Source: Deltaproteobacteria bacterium (GTDB taxonomy: Bacteria; Myxococcota_A; Polyangia; Fen-1088). Taken from it: DNA of 64,000 bases. Location of the stretch: contig JANRKS010000005.1 in NCBI GenBank assembly GCA_033763315.1, forward strand, positions 321,646-385,645, written 5' to 3'. The notes beneath the pieces are model-generated. The model did no database searches. It had not been told where the DNA came from and saw only the letters and a list, made by a program, of their open reading frames with translations. A program made the translations under genes and the position numbers. Shown piece by piece: positions 45,520 through 55,298 of the stretch. Numbering within the stretch: the first letter of the stretch is position 1; each line of letters opens with the position of its first letter.

Positions 45520-47754
45520 TTACTGCGTGGAGCGTGGCCAAGCGGCCTTGCCGAACAGCAAGATGGTGGAAACAGGAAGGACGACCCCCACGGAGGTAAC
45601 AGTGGTTGCGTTGCTTGTGTCTGCCGAGACAGCCTGGTTCGCTAGATAGCCACCAAGAATCGATCCCCCAATGGCGCCCGCAACGGTCCAGAAGGCCAAA
45701 GCCGTGCCTTGGCTGTTGCGGACGTTACCGGCGAGCTCAGCTATCACGCCAATGCCGGCCCCGATGAATCCACCCACCATCAAGCCAGTGCTTCCGCCAC
45801 TCACAGTGGCGAAGGCCCTGCGCGTGTCTGGCGCGTCACTCAGCGCTGTGCCGGCGATCATCCCTCCGCCATAAAGCGCGCCGACCGTGATCAAGGCGAT
45901 CGCGGTTCGTCGTTTGGCGCTCCGGTGCCAACGTCGCTCCACAGGGCCATCGTTGCACGTGCGTCGCAGTTTCTCGGACGCGCGGGCTTGATCGATCCTC
46001 GGGCACACGTGTTGCGCGAACGAGTCAAAATCCCTCATCTGTTTTTCGTGCCCCCGCAACACAACCGGTTCCATGCGGGAGGCTACCTGGTCGTCGCGAA
46101 GGGCGGCAACGCGGAATGCCCCGTCGAGCTCCCAGCCCCAGCTTTCTTTGGTGAAAGATTCGCTTACTAGCGTTGTGAACGCAGCGTCAGCCGCAGGCCA
46201 CCGCGCCAGCAGAATGAGCAATTCCGTCCGCGCTTCGAATTGTGATTCAGTTTGTGGTTTCCTACGAAACGACATTACCGCCTGTGCAGAGGCACCCCGT
46301 ACTTGCAATGCGGTCACCAGCACCAAGAACGGCGCTACGTTTGTGGGCGACGAACGCATGGTTAATCCGCGCTCCAACATGCCCCAAAGTTCAGGCGATC
46401 GGCCAGCGTTCACCGAATCGCGGCACGACGGAGAAACTATGTCGCCTAGAGCTGCGAAATAGCCTTCAGGAAACGCGCCCTGTTGCGCGCTGGACGCTAA
46501 AGGAGCCAGCGTGGCTCGGACGAAACTTGTCAGTCCCGCGCAAGGGTCCCCGGGTGGATCCGCTTTCGACCACACCAAGGGCACATTGCTTCCAAGTGGA
46601 CTCGAAAAGGCAAACATATCGCCGTTACGAAGCGCGATCCCCAGGCTGCTTGGCAATGGCGCTTTAGGAAGTGGCTCAGCACGTGGGTCACCCATCCGCC
46701 AGGACCACTGGCGGGTGTAAGTTGAAACGTGCCACGTGTCATTCCCGCGAGGAACAAGAATTCCGTCTGAAGGAATGGGCACCTTGAAGCTTGATTGAGG
46801 TGCAGCGGCAGGGTCTGCGCTGTTAAGCCGCGCAAGCCACGTGTCAGATTCCTTGCCGAGCCACCGCAAGAACAGGTGTCCGTTGCCATTAATCAAGACA
46901 ACGGAGTGCGGCTTTAAATCCTCAGGCAAACGCTGTTTGACCCAAAGCCTTGCAGGCGGAAGCCACCACCACACTTGCGGTGGTTCATCGCCACGAGAGC
47001 CCTCCGCACGGCCCAGCACGGCCACCGCACCTTGCTCGTCGACTTTGGCGTCGACAACACAAAGATCAACGGGTGGTGCGGGCATCGTTTTCCATGTGTC
47101 GTCAGCGTGGCTTGTGACAAAGAAACCGAAGTCGCAGCTTTGCAATGATTGGCTTCGGTGCAGGATGCCGAAATCGCCGTTGGACAGCGGCAGAGAAATC
47201 GCGCTGCGGGATTTGGTAGATGGCAAAGGCGCAAAGGGTCGCCAGGCTGTTTGTCCTGGGGCGAGGATCTCGGGTGTTGGCGCTTGATCCAGCAGACGAC
47301 CTTGGCCCCCCGCAAGGATCAAGCTTCCGTCCCGTAGGATACCCATCGCCGCATACCGCCGAGTCTGTGACGGGGATGGCATGGTCTCTATCGTTCCTGA
47401 TTGTGGGTTCCACCGGTCGCAAAGGCTCCCCTCCGACGCGCCTTCGCACATAACAAGGCTGCCGTCGGGCAACTCGACATATGAAGGAAGGTCGTTCGAT
47501 TGCCTGACCCCGGCGATGCGCCATCCGTCGGCAATGACCACATTCGCTGTGCACAAAAGGAGCACCGCTGTTGTCGTACCTGCCGTGAGCAATCTCAGTT
47601 GTGCACGTGACTCGGCACGGAAGCGCCCACGCCACTTGAACACGCGATCTTCGATTTCGTCGAGTTGATGTTTACCGGCGGGCCCCTCCAATGACCAAGC
47701 TGGAGACAATCCACGTTCGCCGGTCTCCCCATCGCCTGGTGTACGCGTGTGCAT
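45520..47754 (-). CDS. Hypothetical protein: Kelch-like beta-propeller N-terminal region, C-terminal membrane helices
   Basis: LPDGSLV, LRDGSLILAGG, LRNGD repeats; Gly-rich TM tail; start uncertain. Confidence 0.6.
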   Translation of the reverse strand: MHTRTPGDGETGERGLSPAWSLEGPAGKHQLDEIEDRVFKWRGRFRAESRAQLRLLTAGTTTAVLLLCTANVVIADGWRIAGVRQSNDLPSYVELPDGSLVMCEGASEGSLCDRWNPQSGTIETMPSPSQTRRYAAMGILRDGSLILAGGQGRLLDQAPTPEILAPGQTAWRPFAPLPSTKSRSAISLPLSNGDFGILHRSQSLQSCDFGFFVTSHADDTWKTMPAPPVDLCVVDAKVDEQGAVAVLGRAEGSRGDEPPQVWWWLPPARLWVKQRLPEDLKPHSVVLINGNGHLFLRWLGKESDTWLARLNSADPAAAPQSSFKVPIPSDGILVPRGNDTWHVSTYTRQWSWRMGDPRAEPLPKAPLPSSLGIALRNGDMFAFSSPLGSNVPLVWSKADPPGDPCAGLTSFVRATLAPLASSAQQGAFPEGYFAALGDIVSPSCRDSVNAGRSPELWGMLERGLTMRSSPTNVAPFLVLVTALQVRGASAQAVMSFRRKPQTESQFEARTELLILLARWPAADAAFTTLVSESFTKESWGWELDGAFRVAALRDDQVASRMEPVVLRGHEKQMRDFDSFAQHVCPRIDQARASEKLRRTCNDGPVERRWHRSAKRRTAIALITVGALYGGGMIAGTALSDAPDTRRAFATVSGGSTGLMVGGFIGAGIGVIAELAGNVRNSQGTALAFWTVAGAIGGSILGGYLANQAVSADTSNATTVTSVGVVLPVSTILLFGKAAWPRSTQ

Positions 47755-48032
47755 AGGGGCAATGGTCGCACAAGTTCATGGACACTTGCGGAGTTGCCAA
47801 TGCGGAATGATGACTGTCCTGCGGTTTAATGTATCGCGGCCACCGCGTCCGACGACCTGCGCACCCACCGTGATTGCGACACAGTCGGCGACCTCCTGGG
47901 TCCCTGTGGCACGAATGGGTTAGGTCGGGCATTCGATTCCGAAGCAATTCAACCCCTTTCATCGCGGCGGCCATGTCTGCTATGGTGGGCCGGGGTCGCA
48001 CAATGAGTCATCGGTTCAAAGGGAAATCGGGG

Positions 48033-49808
48033 ATGAGGCTTAGAAGTTCGTCTGTGGTGCCATTGGTTCTTTTGCTTTCCGTGATCGGTTGCAGCCGTAA
48101 GGAGGATCCAACGGGCCTGATCGTGGAAGTCACGACTCAGTCGTTGGTCACACCTGCCGAACTGGATGCGATTGAATTGACCGTGACCAACAGCGAGAAC
48201 GCGATTCTCGTCGCGCCGCGAAGCTACAGTTTGGTCGGGGATGCGAAAGTCGAGCTGCCTCTGAGGGTAGCCTTTCGTTGCGATGACGATGACTGTCTCG
48301 CTCTTAAAGTCAGAGTGGTTGGTCAACGCGAGGGTGTGCAAGTGGTTTCGCGCACGGCCCAAGTGCTACTGGAGGAACACAAGCTGTTGTTGTTGAGTGT
48401 GCCACTCGCCAAAGCCTGTGTGAACGTGGTCTGTGGCGACGCGCAGACGTGCATTGATGACGGTCAGTGTCAGTCTGACGTCATATCGCGTGGTCAGCTT
48501 CCCGCATTCACGCAAGACGACGATCAACCTGGCAACAAACCGGACGCGGCCATCGTTGACCAGCCGAAGGAAGACGCGGCCACGCCGGTCAGCGATGCGG
48601 CTAATCCGAGCGTCGAACCTGATGGATCATCCAATATGCCTCCCGACGCAGACCCTGGCTGCAGTGTCTGCAGCGCACTGGCGCACTGTGATCGCTCCGG
48701 CGGACGCGAACGCTGCGTATGCAACGATGGATATGCCGGCAACGGCGTGGTCTGCGACGACGTGGACGAGTGCGCCACGGCCAATGGCGGATGTCACGCC
48801 AAAGCCGTGTGCACGAATGAGGTGGGGGGGCGCCGTTGCACTTGCAGCCAAGGCTATGAGGGCAACGGGGTCATGTGCGTCGTGAGCGACGCCTGCGGCA
48901 GCAACAATGGCGGTTGCAGCGTTAACGCCACTTGCACAAACAAAGGCGGTGGCAACTTCGAGTGCAGCTGCAAGGCAGGCTACCAAGGCAATGGCACCGT
49001 CTGCGAAGACATCAATGAGTGCCTTTCGAACAATGGCGGCTGCGACGCCAATGCGACCTGCACCAACACGGCGGGGAGCCGTACCTGTGCCTGCAAGGGC
49101 GGTTACACCGGCAGCGGCACAACGTGTTCAGACATCAATGAGTGCACAACAAACAATGGTGGATGTGCCAGTGCGGCCAGCTGCACGAACACGCCCGGAA
49201 GCCGCACGTGCGCTTGCTTGTCCGGTTACACCGGCGACGGCTTCACTTGCGCAGACGTCAACGAGTGCGCAACAAATAACGGTGGCTGCAATACAAACGC
49301 CAATTGCACCAATACCCCCGGAAGCCGCACGTGCGCATGCAAGGCCGGCTATAACGGCAATGGAATCACGTGCACCGCTAACACACTTATGTGGAAAGCC
49401 ATCGAACCAGATGGCCGTTACATCACGGACTATAGCTGCCAACCGCTGGGCACGGCGCCTCCCACGGGAGCCTGCACGCAGAAGGATCAGATCATCACCA
49501 TTGGTTACGCCACCTCGAACGTCGGTTATCAATCGCGGGCTGTCAGGTCGGGCGCCTCGGATCAATTTTGTACTGGGGGCAACGTTGCCTACACGTTCAC
49601 TGTGGGTGCTCCTGGCATCAGGGAATGCAATACCACGGGGCCCCTCTGGAACGCCGGAAGTGGTGGCTTCTTGTGCCTAGCGAACAACGGAACGCCCGAG
49701 GGCGGTGAAGTTTGGATGGGCTATACGCCTGGTGTTGGTTGGAGCATCGGGGGCTGCGGCAGCAGTTACCGCTGTGTGGCTCGTCGGTTCATCTGCTCCC
49801 AGGAGTAA
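48033..49808 (+). CDS. Lipoprotein with six EGF-like (mostly Ca-binding type) repeats
   Basis: Lipobox VIGC; units of the form DINEC..NNGGC..NA.CTNT.GSRTC.C..GY.G.G. Confidence 0.85.
   Translation: MRLRSSSVVPLVLLLSVIGCSRKEDPTGLIVEVTTQSLVTPAELDAIELTVTNSENAILVAPRSYSLVGDAKVELPLRVAFRCDDDDCLALKVRVVGQREGVQVVSRTAQVLLEEHKLLLLSVPLAKACVNVVCGDAQTCIDDGQCQSDVISRGQLPAFTQDDDQPGNKPDAAIVDQPKEDAATPVSDAANPSVEPDGSSNMPPDADPGCSVCSALAHCDRSGGRERCVCNDGYAGNGVVCDDVDECATANGGCHAKAVCTNEVGGRRCTCSQGYEGNGVMCVVSDACGSNNGGCSVNATCTNKGGGNFECSCKAGYQGNGTVCEDINECLSNNGGCDANATCTNTAGSRTCACKGGYTGSGTTCSDINECTTNNGGCASAASCTNTPGSRTCACLSGYTGDGFTCADVNECATNNGGCNTNANCTNTPGSRTCACKAGYNGNGITCTANTLMWKAIEPDGRYITDYSCQPLGTAPPTGACTQKDQIITIGYATSNVGYQSRAVRSGASDQFCTGGNVAYTFTVGAPGIRECNTTGPLWNAGSGGFLCLANNGTPEGGEVWMGYTPGVGWSIGGCGSSYRCVARRFICSQE
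48660..49373 (+). repeat. Coding tandem repeat, about 123-bp EGF units
   Basis: 41-aa period seen in the translation; GGAAGCCGCACGTGCGC recurs. Confidence 0.8.
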
Positions 49809-49811
49809 CCC

Positions 49812-50618
49812 ATGCGTATTTTGTCATTCGTAATGGCTTTGACCGCTGTGTTGTTGGCTGCCGGTCCGACGTTCGCTGCGCCCCCGAAAAAACGGGACAC
49901 GCGGACCGTGGAATCGCCCGCAGAAGCTTTGCTGAGCGAAGGCATTGCCCTGCGTCGCTCAGGCAACAATTTGGCCGCGTTGCCTAAGTTTGAAGAGGCG
50001 TATCGTTTGTCTCCGTCACCGCGAACCACGGCGCAGCTGGGCCTGTGTCTGGAATCGTTGGCCCGGTGGGTGGAATCCGAAAAGCGCCTTGAGGAGGCAT
50101 TGACCTCGAATGACCCTTGGATCGAAAAGAACCGGGCGGTTTTGGCGGACGCCTTAAAAACGTCGCGTGACAACATAAGCTACATCGAAGTGCTGGGTGA
50201 GCCTGCGGGCGCCGAGGTCTTCATGAACGGGCGCCGGGTGGGCAGCCTGCCTCTGGGCACGCCCATAAAGCACGATGGCGGAAGCGCTCTGATCGAGATT
50301 CGCGCGCCAGGCTTCGTTACAGCCAGCCAAACGGTGCAAGTGGCCGCGCATTCTCGCTCCGAAGTGTTCCTAAAGGCTTTGCCCGATGCAACGAAGTTGG
50401 TCGCGACAAAGGGATCTGAACCACCGGATCAATCTATGGATGTCACAAGCTCCGCCGCCAACGAGCCGCCGAAATCCATTTTCTCTAGCCCCTGGTTTTG
50501 GGGAGCAACAGCCGTCGTGGTCGTGGGCGCCACTGTGGCGATCCTGGTGGCAACGTCAAGCACCACCACCGGCTCCATTGACTGCAGCACGTGTTCGGAC
50601 AACATCAACCTGAACTGA
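49812..50618 (+). CDS. TPR plus PEGA domain protein
   Basis: Signal peptide, TPR segment, PAGAEVFMNG..VG.LP, IRAPGF, C-terminal PWFW TM. Confidence 0.85.
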   Translation: MRILSFVMALTAVLLAAGPTFAAPPKKRDTRTVESPAEALLSEGIALRRSGNNLAALPKFEEAYRLSPSPRTTAQLGLCLESLARWVESEKRLEEALTSNDPWIEKNRAVLADALKTSRDNISYIEVLGEPAGAEVFMNGRRVGSLPLGTPIKHDGGSALIEIRAPGFVTASQTVQVAAHSRSEVFLKALPDATKLVATKGSEPPDQSMDVTSSAANEPPKSIFSSPWFWGATAVVVVGATVAILVATSSTTTGSIDCSTCSDNINLN

Positions 50619-50788
50619 CGCCGCACTTGGGCTGGCCTATGATGGGGCCGACGGTGAAGCGGTGGCGCGGCAACTATGGAGCTCGACCTAGCGGGCGTTC
50701 AGGTGATCAGGAAGCGAAGCGCCAACGAAGGCATGCGCGAGGCAAGTCGCTTCCGACGATGGCAGCGCCGAGTCAGTGACCGTCGCGC

Positions 50789-51838
50789 TTACGACGGAAC
50801 AGCGGTGATCCGCGCTGGCTTTCGCCGGCGCAAAAGTCGGCCAGCCAAAGGGACCAAGGCCAGCCACATGCCCTGCGGTTGCGGCACGCGCGAGGCCGCG
50901 CTGCAACCGCCACCCGCTGGCTTCGGATCTCGGGCACCGTCTGAAGCATTCGCATCCAAGTTCATCGTGCCCGCATCCCCTCCCCCGTCGGCGTCGCGGA
51001 TGTTGCCGCCGTCCCCAACGCCTCCATCAGCCAAGGGCAGTTCGCAACTGAGCTCGATGGCCGTGAGCAATGGTGGAAGATCCAACGTAATCCCCGCCAG
51101 AGTGACCCGTAGCTCCAGAAGGTGTATTCCCGGCGCCAAGCCCGCGTCGATTGCTGTCGTCGGCGTGCCACAGACGGAATGCACTTCCACATCCACATCG
51201 CCGTTGGGCAAAACCTTTTGTGTGGCCAGGTGCACGAACTTTGAACCCACCTGTGCCCTAAGGCTCGCCAGAGGCCAGTAGGCCCGCATTTCGGCCGATA
51301 AGCTCATGGTGACTTTGGCCAACGCCGCCGTGACGGGCATCGTGACTCCAGGACAAGTGCCAGGAGTGAGAACTGGCACTTGTGCTGTGCCCATTCTGTG
51401 TCCGCTTGCCACGGCTACACCGATGGTCGTGGGTAAGTTACTTGCGGGGCCCGCTACGAACGCGCGCTGAGTTGTGGGTGCCGGCGCACAACCAATAGGA
51501 TACGTGGCTTTGTATATTTTTCCTGGAACAAGCGGCGCGATCGGCCGTACACGAAATTGGTGCCAGCCGATTTGCACGGGCGTGAGCTCTACCTGAACCG
51601 CAGTCCCTTGATCATCTGTTAACGAAAATGCTGACGCATCCGGCCCGAGGCCATTGGGAGTTGAAGCATGAGCGGCCTCGTACAGAAGGACAGGCACGTT
51701 TGCCGGCAGTTGCGCCCCTTCGGCAACAGCGAACCGAGCTGGCCAGCATAACGGTTGCGTGCAAGCCAGCGCCACCTGTCCCCTAAGCACCAACATTGCC
51801 AATGCGGATCCAACGTACGTCGCCAGGGTTCGGTTCAT
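50789..51838 (-). CDS. Exported protein with MYXO-CTERM-like sorting signal
   Basis: C-terminal GGGCSAA...WLALVPL..LLRRRK; start set at MNRTL. Confidence 0.7.
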   Translation of the reverse strand: MNRTLATYVGSALAMLVLRGQVALACTQPLCWPARFAVAEGAQLPANVPVLLYEAAHASTPNGLGPDASAFSLTDDQGTAVQVELTPVQIGWHQFRVRPIAPLVPGKIYKATYPIGCAPAPTTQRAFVAGPASNLPTTIGVAVASGHRMGTAQVPVLTPGTCPGVTMPVTAALAKVTMSLSAEMRAYWPLASLRAQVGSKFVHLATQKVLPNGDVDVEVHSVCGTPTTAIDAGLAPGIHLLELRVTLAGITLDLPPLLTAIELSCELPLADGGVGDGGNIRDADGGGDAGTMNLDANASDGARDPKPAGGGCSAASRVPQPQGMWLALVPLAGRLLRRRKPARITAVPS

Positions 51839-52149
51839 CACGGACCTCCAAGTCGGTTCATAGGGAAAGCCGTATCGACCCTGTGCAAGAGTACGGCCAG
51901 TCATAACTTCCGCCACGCACCCGGAATAGCGGCGTCGACAGGAGACGAAACCACGACAATTGCGTCCGCATCTAGCTCGCTTTGGAGTGCGTCACGAGGA
52001 TTCCTGGGGTCAGGCGGACGAGGTCGTTCCGCCACATCGTAGCACCTTGACCTTCGTCGATCCCACCGCGCCTCAAACCCGGGTTGTATCGCGAGCGAGG
52101 CTGGCCTAAGCTGGACTTATCTTTTCACCCAACGGTGACGGCCTAAAAC

Positions 52150-52788
52150 ATGCGCTTAACCATGTTCTCGCTCCTTCTGACGTTCCTGGTCGCATCGGGC
52201 TGCACGAGCGACTCAACGGATGACGGTGGCGGCACGGGCGGCTCGTCTGGCGCAGGCGGCAAAGCATCGCTTCCAGGTGGCCACGCCGGCACGAGCAGTG
52301 GCGGCCAGGGCGGGGGATCTGACGTTACTGTGGGCCGCAATGATGACGTTGCCAAACACGCCTGCGACGCGTGGGCAGGAAAGCTCAGCGCATCAGTGTC
52401 CGCGAAAACGATCAACGCCGTTGAGACGTCTGATTACGCGGAGCTGGCCGAGGCGAAGTTGACCGTCAATGGGGCCACGCTTTACACAATCAATCTGCCG
52501 CAAAACAAAGAGTCATGGGTGGCGGTGGACGAAAATTTTTGGACCGCGACGCTGGGCTTCTTTGCGCCTAAGGGCGTCAAGTATGAAGTGATCAACTCGG
52601 ACATAAGCCCAGAGTCAGATGGCCCCTTGAAAAACGGTGCCTGCCCCGATGCCGAGCTCACCGATTATCGTGTGTTCTTCATGCACTGGACACCGGCGAC
52701 GATCCACTTCTTCGCCGAAGGTCCACGGCAAGTGCAGTTCATGATCATGCGCGACGAGGCCAATAGCATTCCCGTCCCGCCCATGTGA
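52150..52788 (+). CDS. Hypothetical lipoprotein (partner of the di-heme enzyme)
   Basis: Lipobox ASGC, Gly-rich linker; overlaps the next gene. Confidence 0.7.
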   Translation: MRLTMFSLLLTFLVASGCTSDSTDDGGGTGGSSGAGGKASLPGGHAGTSSGGQGGGSDVTVGRNDDVAKHACDAWAGKLSASVSAKTINAVETSDYAELAEAKLTVNGATLYTINLPQNKESWVAVDENFWTATLGFFAPKGVKYEVINSDISPESDGPLKNGACPDAELTDYRVFFMHWTPATIHFFAEGPRQVQFMIMRDEANSIPVPPM

Positions 52789-53879
52789 TGTCGCTGCGCC
52801 TTCGTTGCCTCATCCTTGTTGGCCTTCTGCCCGCGTGTGGTGGCAGCCCAAGCTCGGCTCCGCGCGTGCGCGTGCCCGTGGCTGCGCCAACCAACAACCC
52901 AGGCAGCGAAGCGAAGGTGCAGTTAGGGCGTCACTTATTTTACGACCCACGGCTGTCTATCAACAACTCGCGCGCGTGTGGCACATGCCACGAACAGAAG
53001 AAGGCCTTCACTGACGGGTTCGCGCGCGCCATCGGCGCCACGTTGCAGGTGCACTCGCTAAGCAGCCTGTCGTTGGCCAACGTTGCGTTTCGCCCCCAGT
53101 TGAATTGGCGCAACCCGATGCCGTTGTCGCTTGAGGATCAGCTGCTGATACCGTTGCTGGGCACGCACCCTGTGGAGATGGGCATGGCCGGTCATGAAGA
53201 CGAATTGCTTGCGCGTCTTGCGGCTGAACCTCGCTACGCGCCGTTGTTTGCCGCTGCCTATCCCGGCGACGTGGCTCCGTTCACTTTGCTCCACGTGGCC
53301 CAGGCTATTGCGTGGTTTGAACGCACGCTCATTAGTGAGGACAATGCATACGATCGATTCACCGCCGGAAACGAGGGAGCTCTGTCAGACGTTGCGAAAG
53401 CAGGCGCCGACTTTTTTTTCAATGAAGCTGGCTGCGGTCAGTGCCACAACGGCCCTGATTTGAATCAAGATCCTACGCGCGTCAACGATTTTCATAACCT
53501 CGGTCTATACAACCTTGACGGTGCAGGCGCGTATCCCGACGGCGCGCAGGGCATGATTGAAGTCACCGCCCAGCCAGCAGATATGGGCCGTTTCCGTACG
53601 CCCACCTTACGCAACATCGCTTTAACGTCGCCTTACTTTCACGATGGTTCCACCGCCACGCTCAACGAGGCCATCCGCATTCACTTGGACGGCGGTCGCA
53701 ACGTCACGCAAGGCCCGCGCGCAGGCGATGGCACCAAAAGCCCCCTGCGCAGCCCCCTGTTGGCGCCGCGTGCCTTGAGCGATGCACAGGTGTGGGCTGT
53801 GGAAGTCTTTTTGCGCAGCCTCACGGACGACGCGTTCATCACCAACCCGGCGTTGGCCAACCCGTGGCCGCAGCCTTGA
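52785..53879 (+). CDS. Di-heme cytochrome c peroxidase family enzyme (MbnH/MauG-like)
   Basis: LGRHLFYD.RLS, CGTCH, CGQCH, PVEMG, FRTPTLRNIALTSPYFHDG. Confidence 0.9.
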   Translation: MMSLRLRCLILVGLLPACGGSPSSAPRVRVPVAAPTNNPGSEAKVQLGRHLFYDPRLSINNSRACGTCHEQKKAFTDGFARAIGATLQVHSLSSLSLANVAFRPQLNWRNPMPLSLEDQLLIPLLGTHPVEMGMAGHEDELLARLAAEPRYAPLFAAAYPGDVAPFTLLHVAQAIAWFERTLISEDNAYDRFTAGNEGALSDVAKAGADFFFNEAGCGQCHNGPDLNQDPTRVNDFHNLGLYNLDGAGAYPDGAQGMIEVTAQPADMGRFRTPTLRNIALTSPYFHDGSTATLNEAIRIHLDGGRNVTQGPRAGDGTKSPLRSPLLAPRALSDAQVWAVEVFLRSLTDDAFITNPALANPWPQP

Positions 53880-55298
53880 TCAAACTGTGATGCCCGGCAT
53901 CGGCCCACCCGTGGCCATGCGCGGATCGCCAAACGTGGTGACGTCGGTGAAGCCCATGTAGTGGAACGCGTTCACAAGAACGTCAGAGAATGAGTACTTC
54001 TTCGCCACTTGCAGCAGACGCCCGGCGCGCAATTGTTTTGAAGCGCCGCCTGTCAACACCACCAGATCGTTGTCGGTGGAATGTTGGTCGCCTTGGCCCA
54101 ATTCGTTCCAGTGCACGATCAGGGTGTTGTCCCACACTGTGCCGTCACCTTCGGGAATCGCCTTCAAGGCGTTGTGCATGTTGACGTTCAGTCCCCACAG
54201 ATGCGCATTGATCTTGCGGATCTTGGCGAACGCCGTTTCGTCGCTGACGTGCGAGATATCGTGGTGGCCCTCTGTGATGCCCAGGTTGCTGTAGACGCGG
54301 CCGCTGGTGTTCCCGCTCCAGGCGAAGTTCACCACGCGCGTGAGATCGCAAGCAAATGCCATCGCCGCGATTTTGGAGAACAGATCCCCCACCACCGCGT
54401 GATTCTTATCGTCGCCTAAATTGATCTTCGTCCCCAACATCACCGGTTGGCAGGCGGCGCTCAGCGTTGGCACGTTTGCGCCTTTGAGCGTGCGTTCAAT
54501 GTCGTTCAGCGATTGCAGATGCTGATCGATTTTTGATTGATCGCTTGTGCCCACCTTCGAACGTAAGGCCTTGGCTTCGGTTAACACCAAATCGATCGCT
54601 GATTTCTTCTTGTCAAGCTGCCTCAGAATCGCAGGATCCGGTTGCCCGCCGCTGTCGAACTTCACGGCGCTAAAGAGGCGCGTATACGCCGCATACGGAT
54701 CCGTTTCGGGCGAGATGGGGTTTTGCTTGCCCACCGGTCCGCCGTGCGAGCACACCGACCAGATGTTGTTGCCGCCTTGACCCACGCGAAACACCAGATG
54801 TCGTTGTGGCACTGAAGGGTTGGCAGCAATCACGCGGCTGCCAATCGCAAAGTCGGCGCTTGGGCCCTCCACGTATCCAATGAAGCGATCAGTGCCGCCG
54901 ATCGGGAAAGAGCCCGCTCCCGATTTCCAAGGCGCTAGGCCCGCACCCGCTTGTTGGTGGCCATCGGCGCGCTCGATGTCCGGAAGCTTGCCGTGGCGCT
55001 TGTCGATGCCGTTGAGCAACAAAATTTCGTTGCGCTGTGGTTCAAGCGGCTTGAGGAACTCGCCCAAGCCAAAATCTGTTTCGCCCGTGGATGTAAACCG
55101 CGTGCTGTGCTGGTTGCCGTTCGGCATGAACACGAACATCACGCGGCGTGGAATGGCGCCCGCGGCTTTGGCCGTGCGGCCGCGCATGGCATCAAGGAAC
55201 GGCAAGGCCAGCGCCACATTGCCAGCGCCACGCAGCACGGTTCGGCGGGACAGGGGCTTTGTCATCGTGGTTTTCGTGTTTTTGAGCATGGCGTTCAA
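53880..55298 (-). CDS. DUF1552 (HXXSHH) protein with Tat-like leader
   Basis: SRRTVLRGAG..LPFL, ACDLTRV, HHDISH. Confidence 0.9.
   Translation of the reverse strand: MNAMLKNTKTTMTKPLSRRTVLRGAGNVALALPFLDAMRGRTAKAAGAIPRRVMFVFMPNGNQHSTRFTSTGETDFGLGEFLKPLEPQRNEILLLNGIDKRHGKLPDIERADGHQQAGAGLAPWKSGAGSFPIGGTDRFIGYVEGPSADFAIGSRVIAANPSVPQRHLVFRVGQGGNNIWSVCSHGGPVGKQNPISPETDPYAAYTRLFSAVKFDSGGQPDPAILRQLDKKKSAIDLVLTEAKALRSKVGTSDQSKIDQHLQSLNDIERTLKGANVPTLSAACQPVMLGTKINLGDDKNHAVVGDLFSKIAAMAFACDLTRVVNFAWSGNTSGRVYSNLGITEGHHDISHVSDETAFAKIRKINAHLWGLNVNMHNALKAIPEGDGTVWDNTLIVHWNELGQGDQHSTDNDLVVLTGGASKQLRAGRLLQVAKKYSFSDVLVNAFHYMGFTDVTTFGDPRMATGGPMPGITV

Noticed and set aside
48660-49373. Regularly spaced repeats as a CRISPR array
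   Set aside because: They are degenerate in-frame EGF coding repeats with no unique spacers, and there are no cas genes
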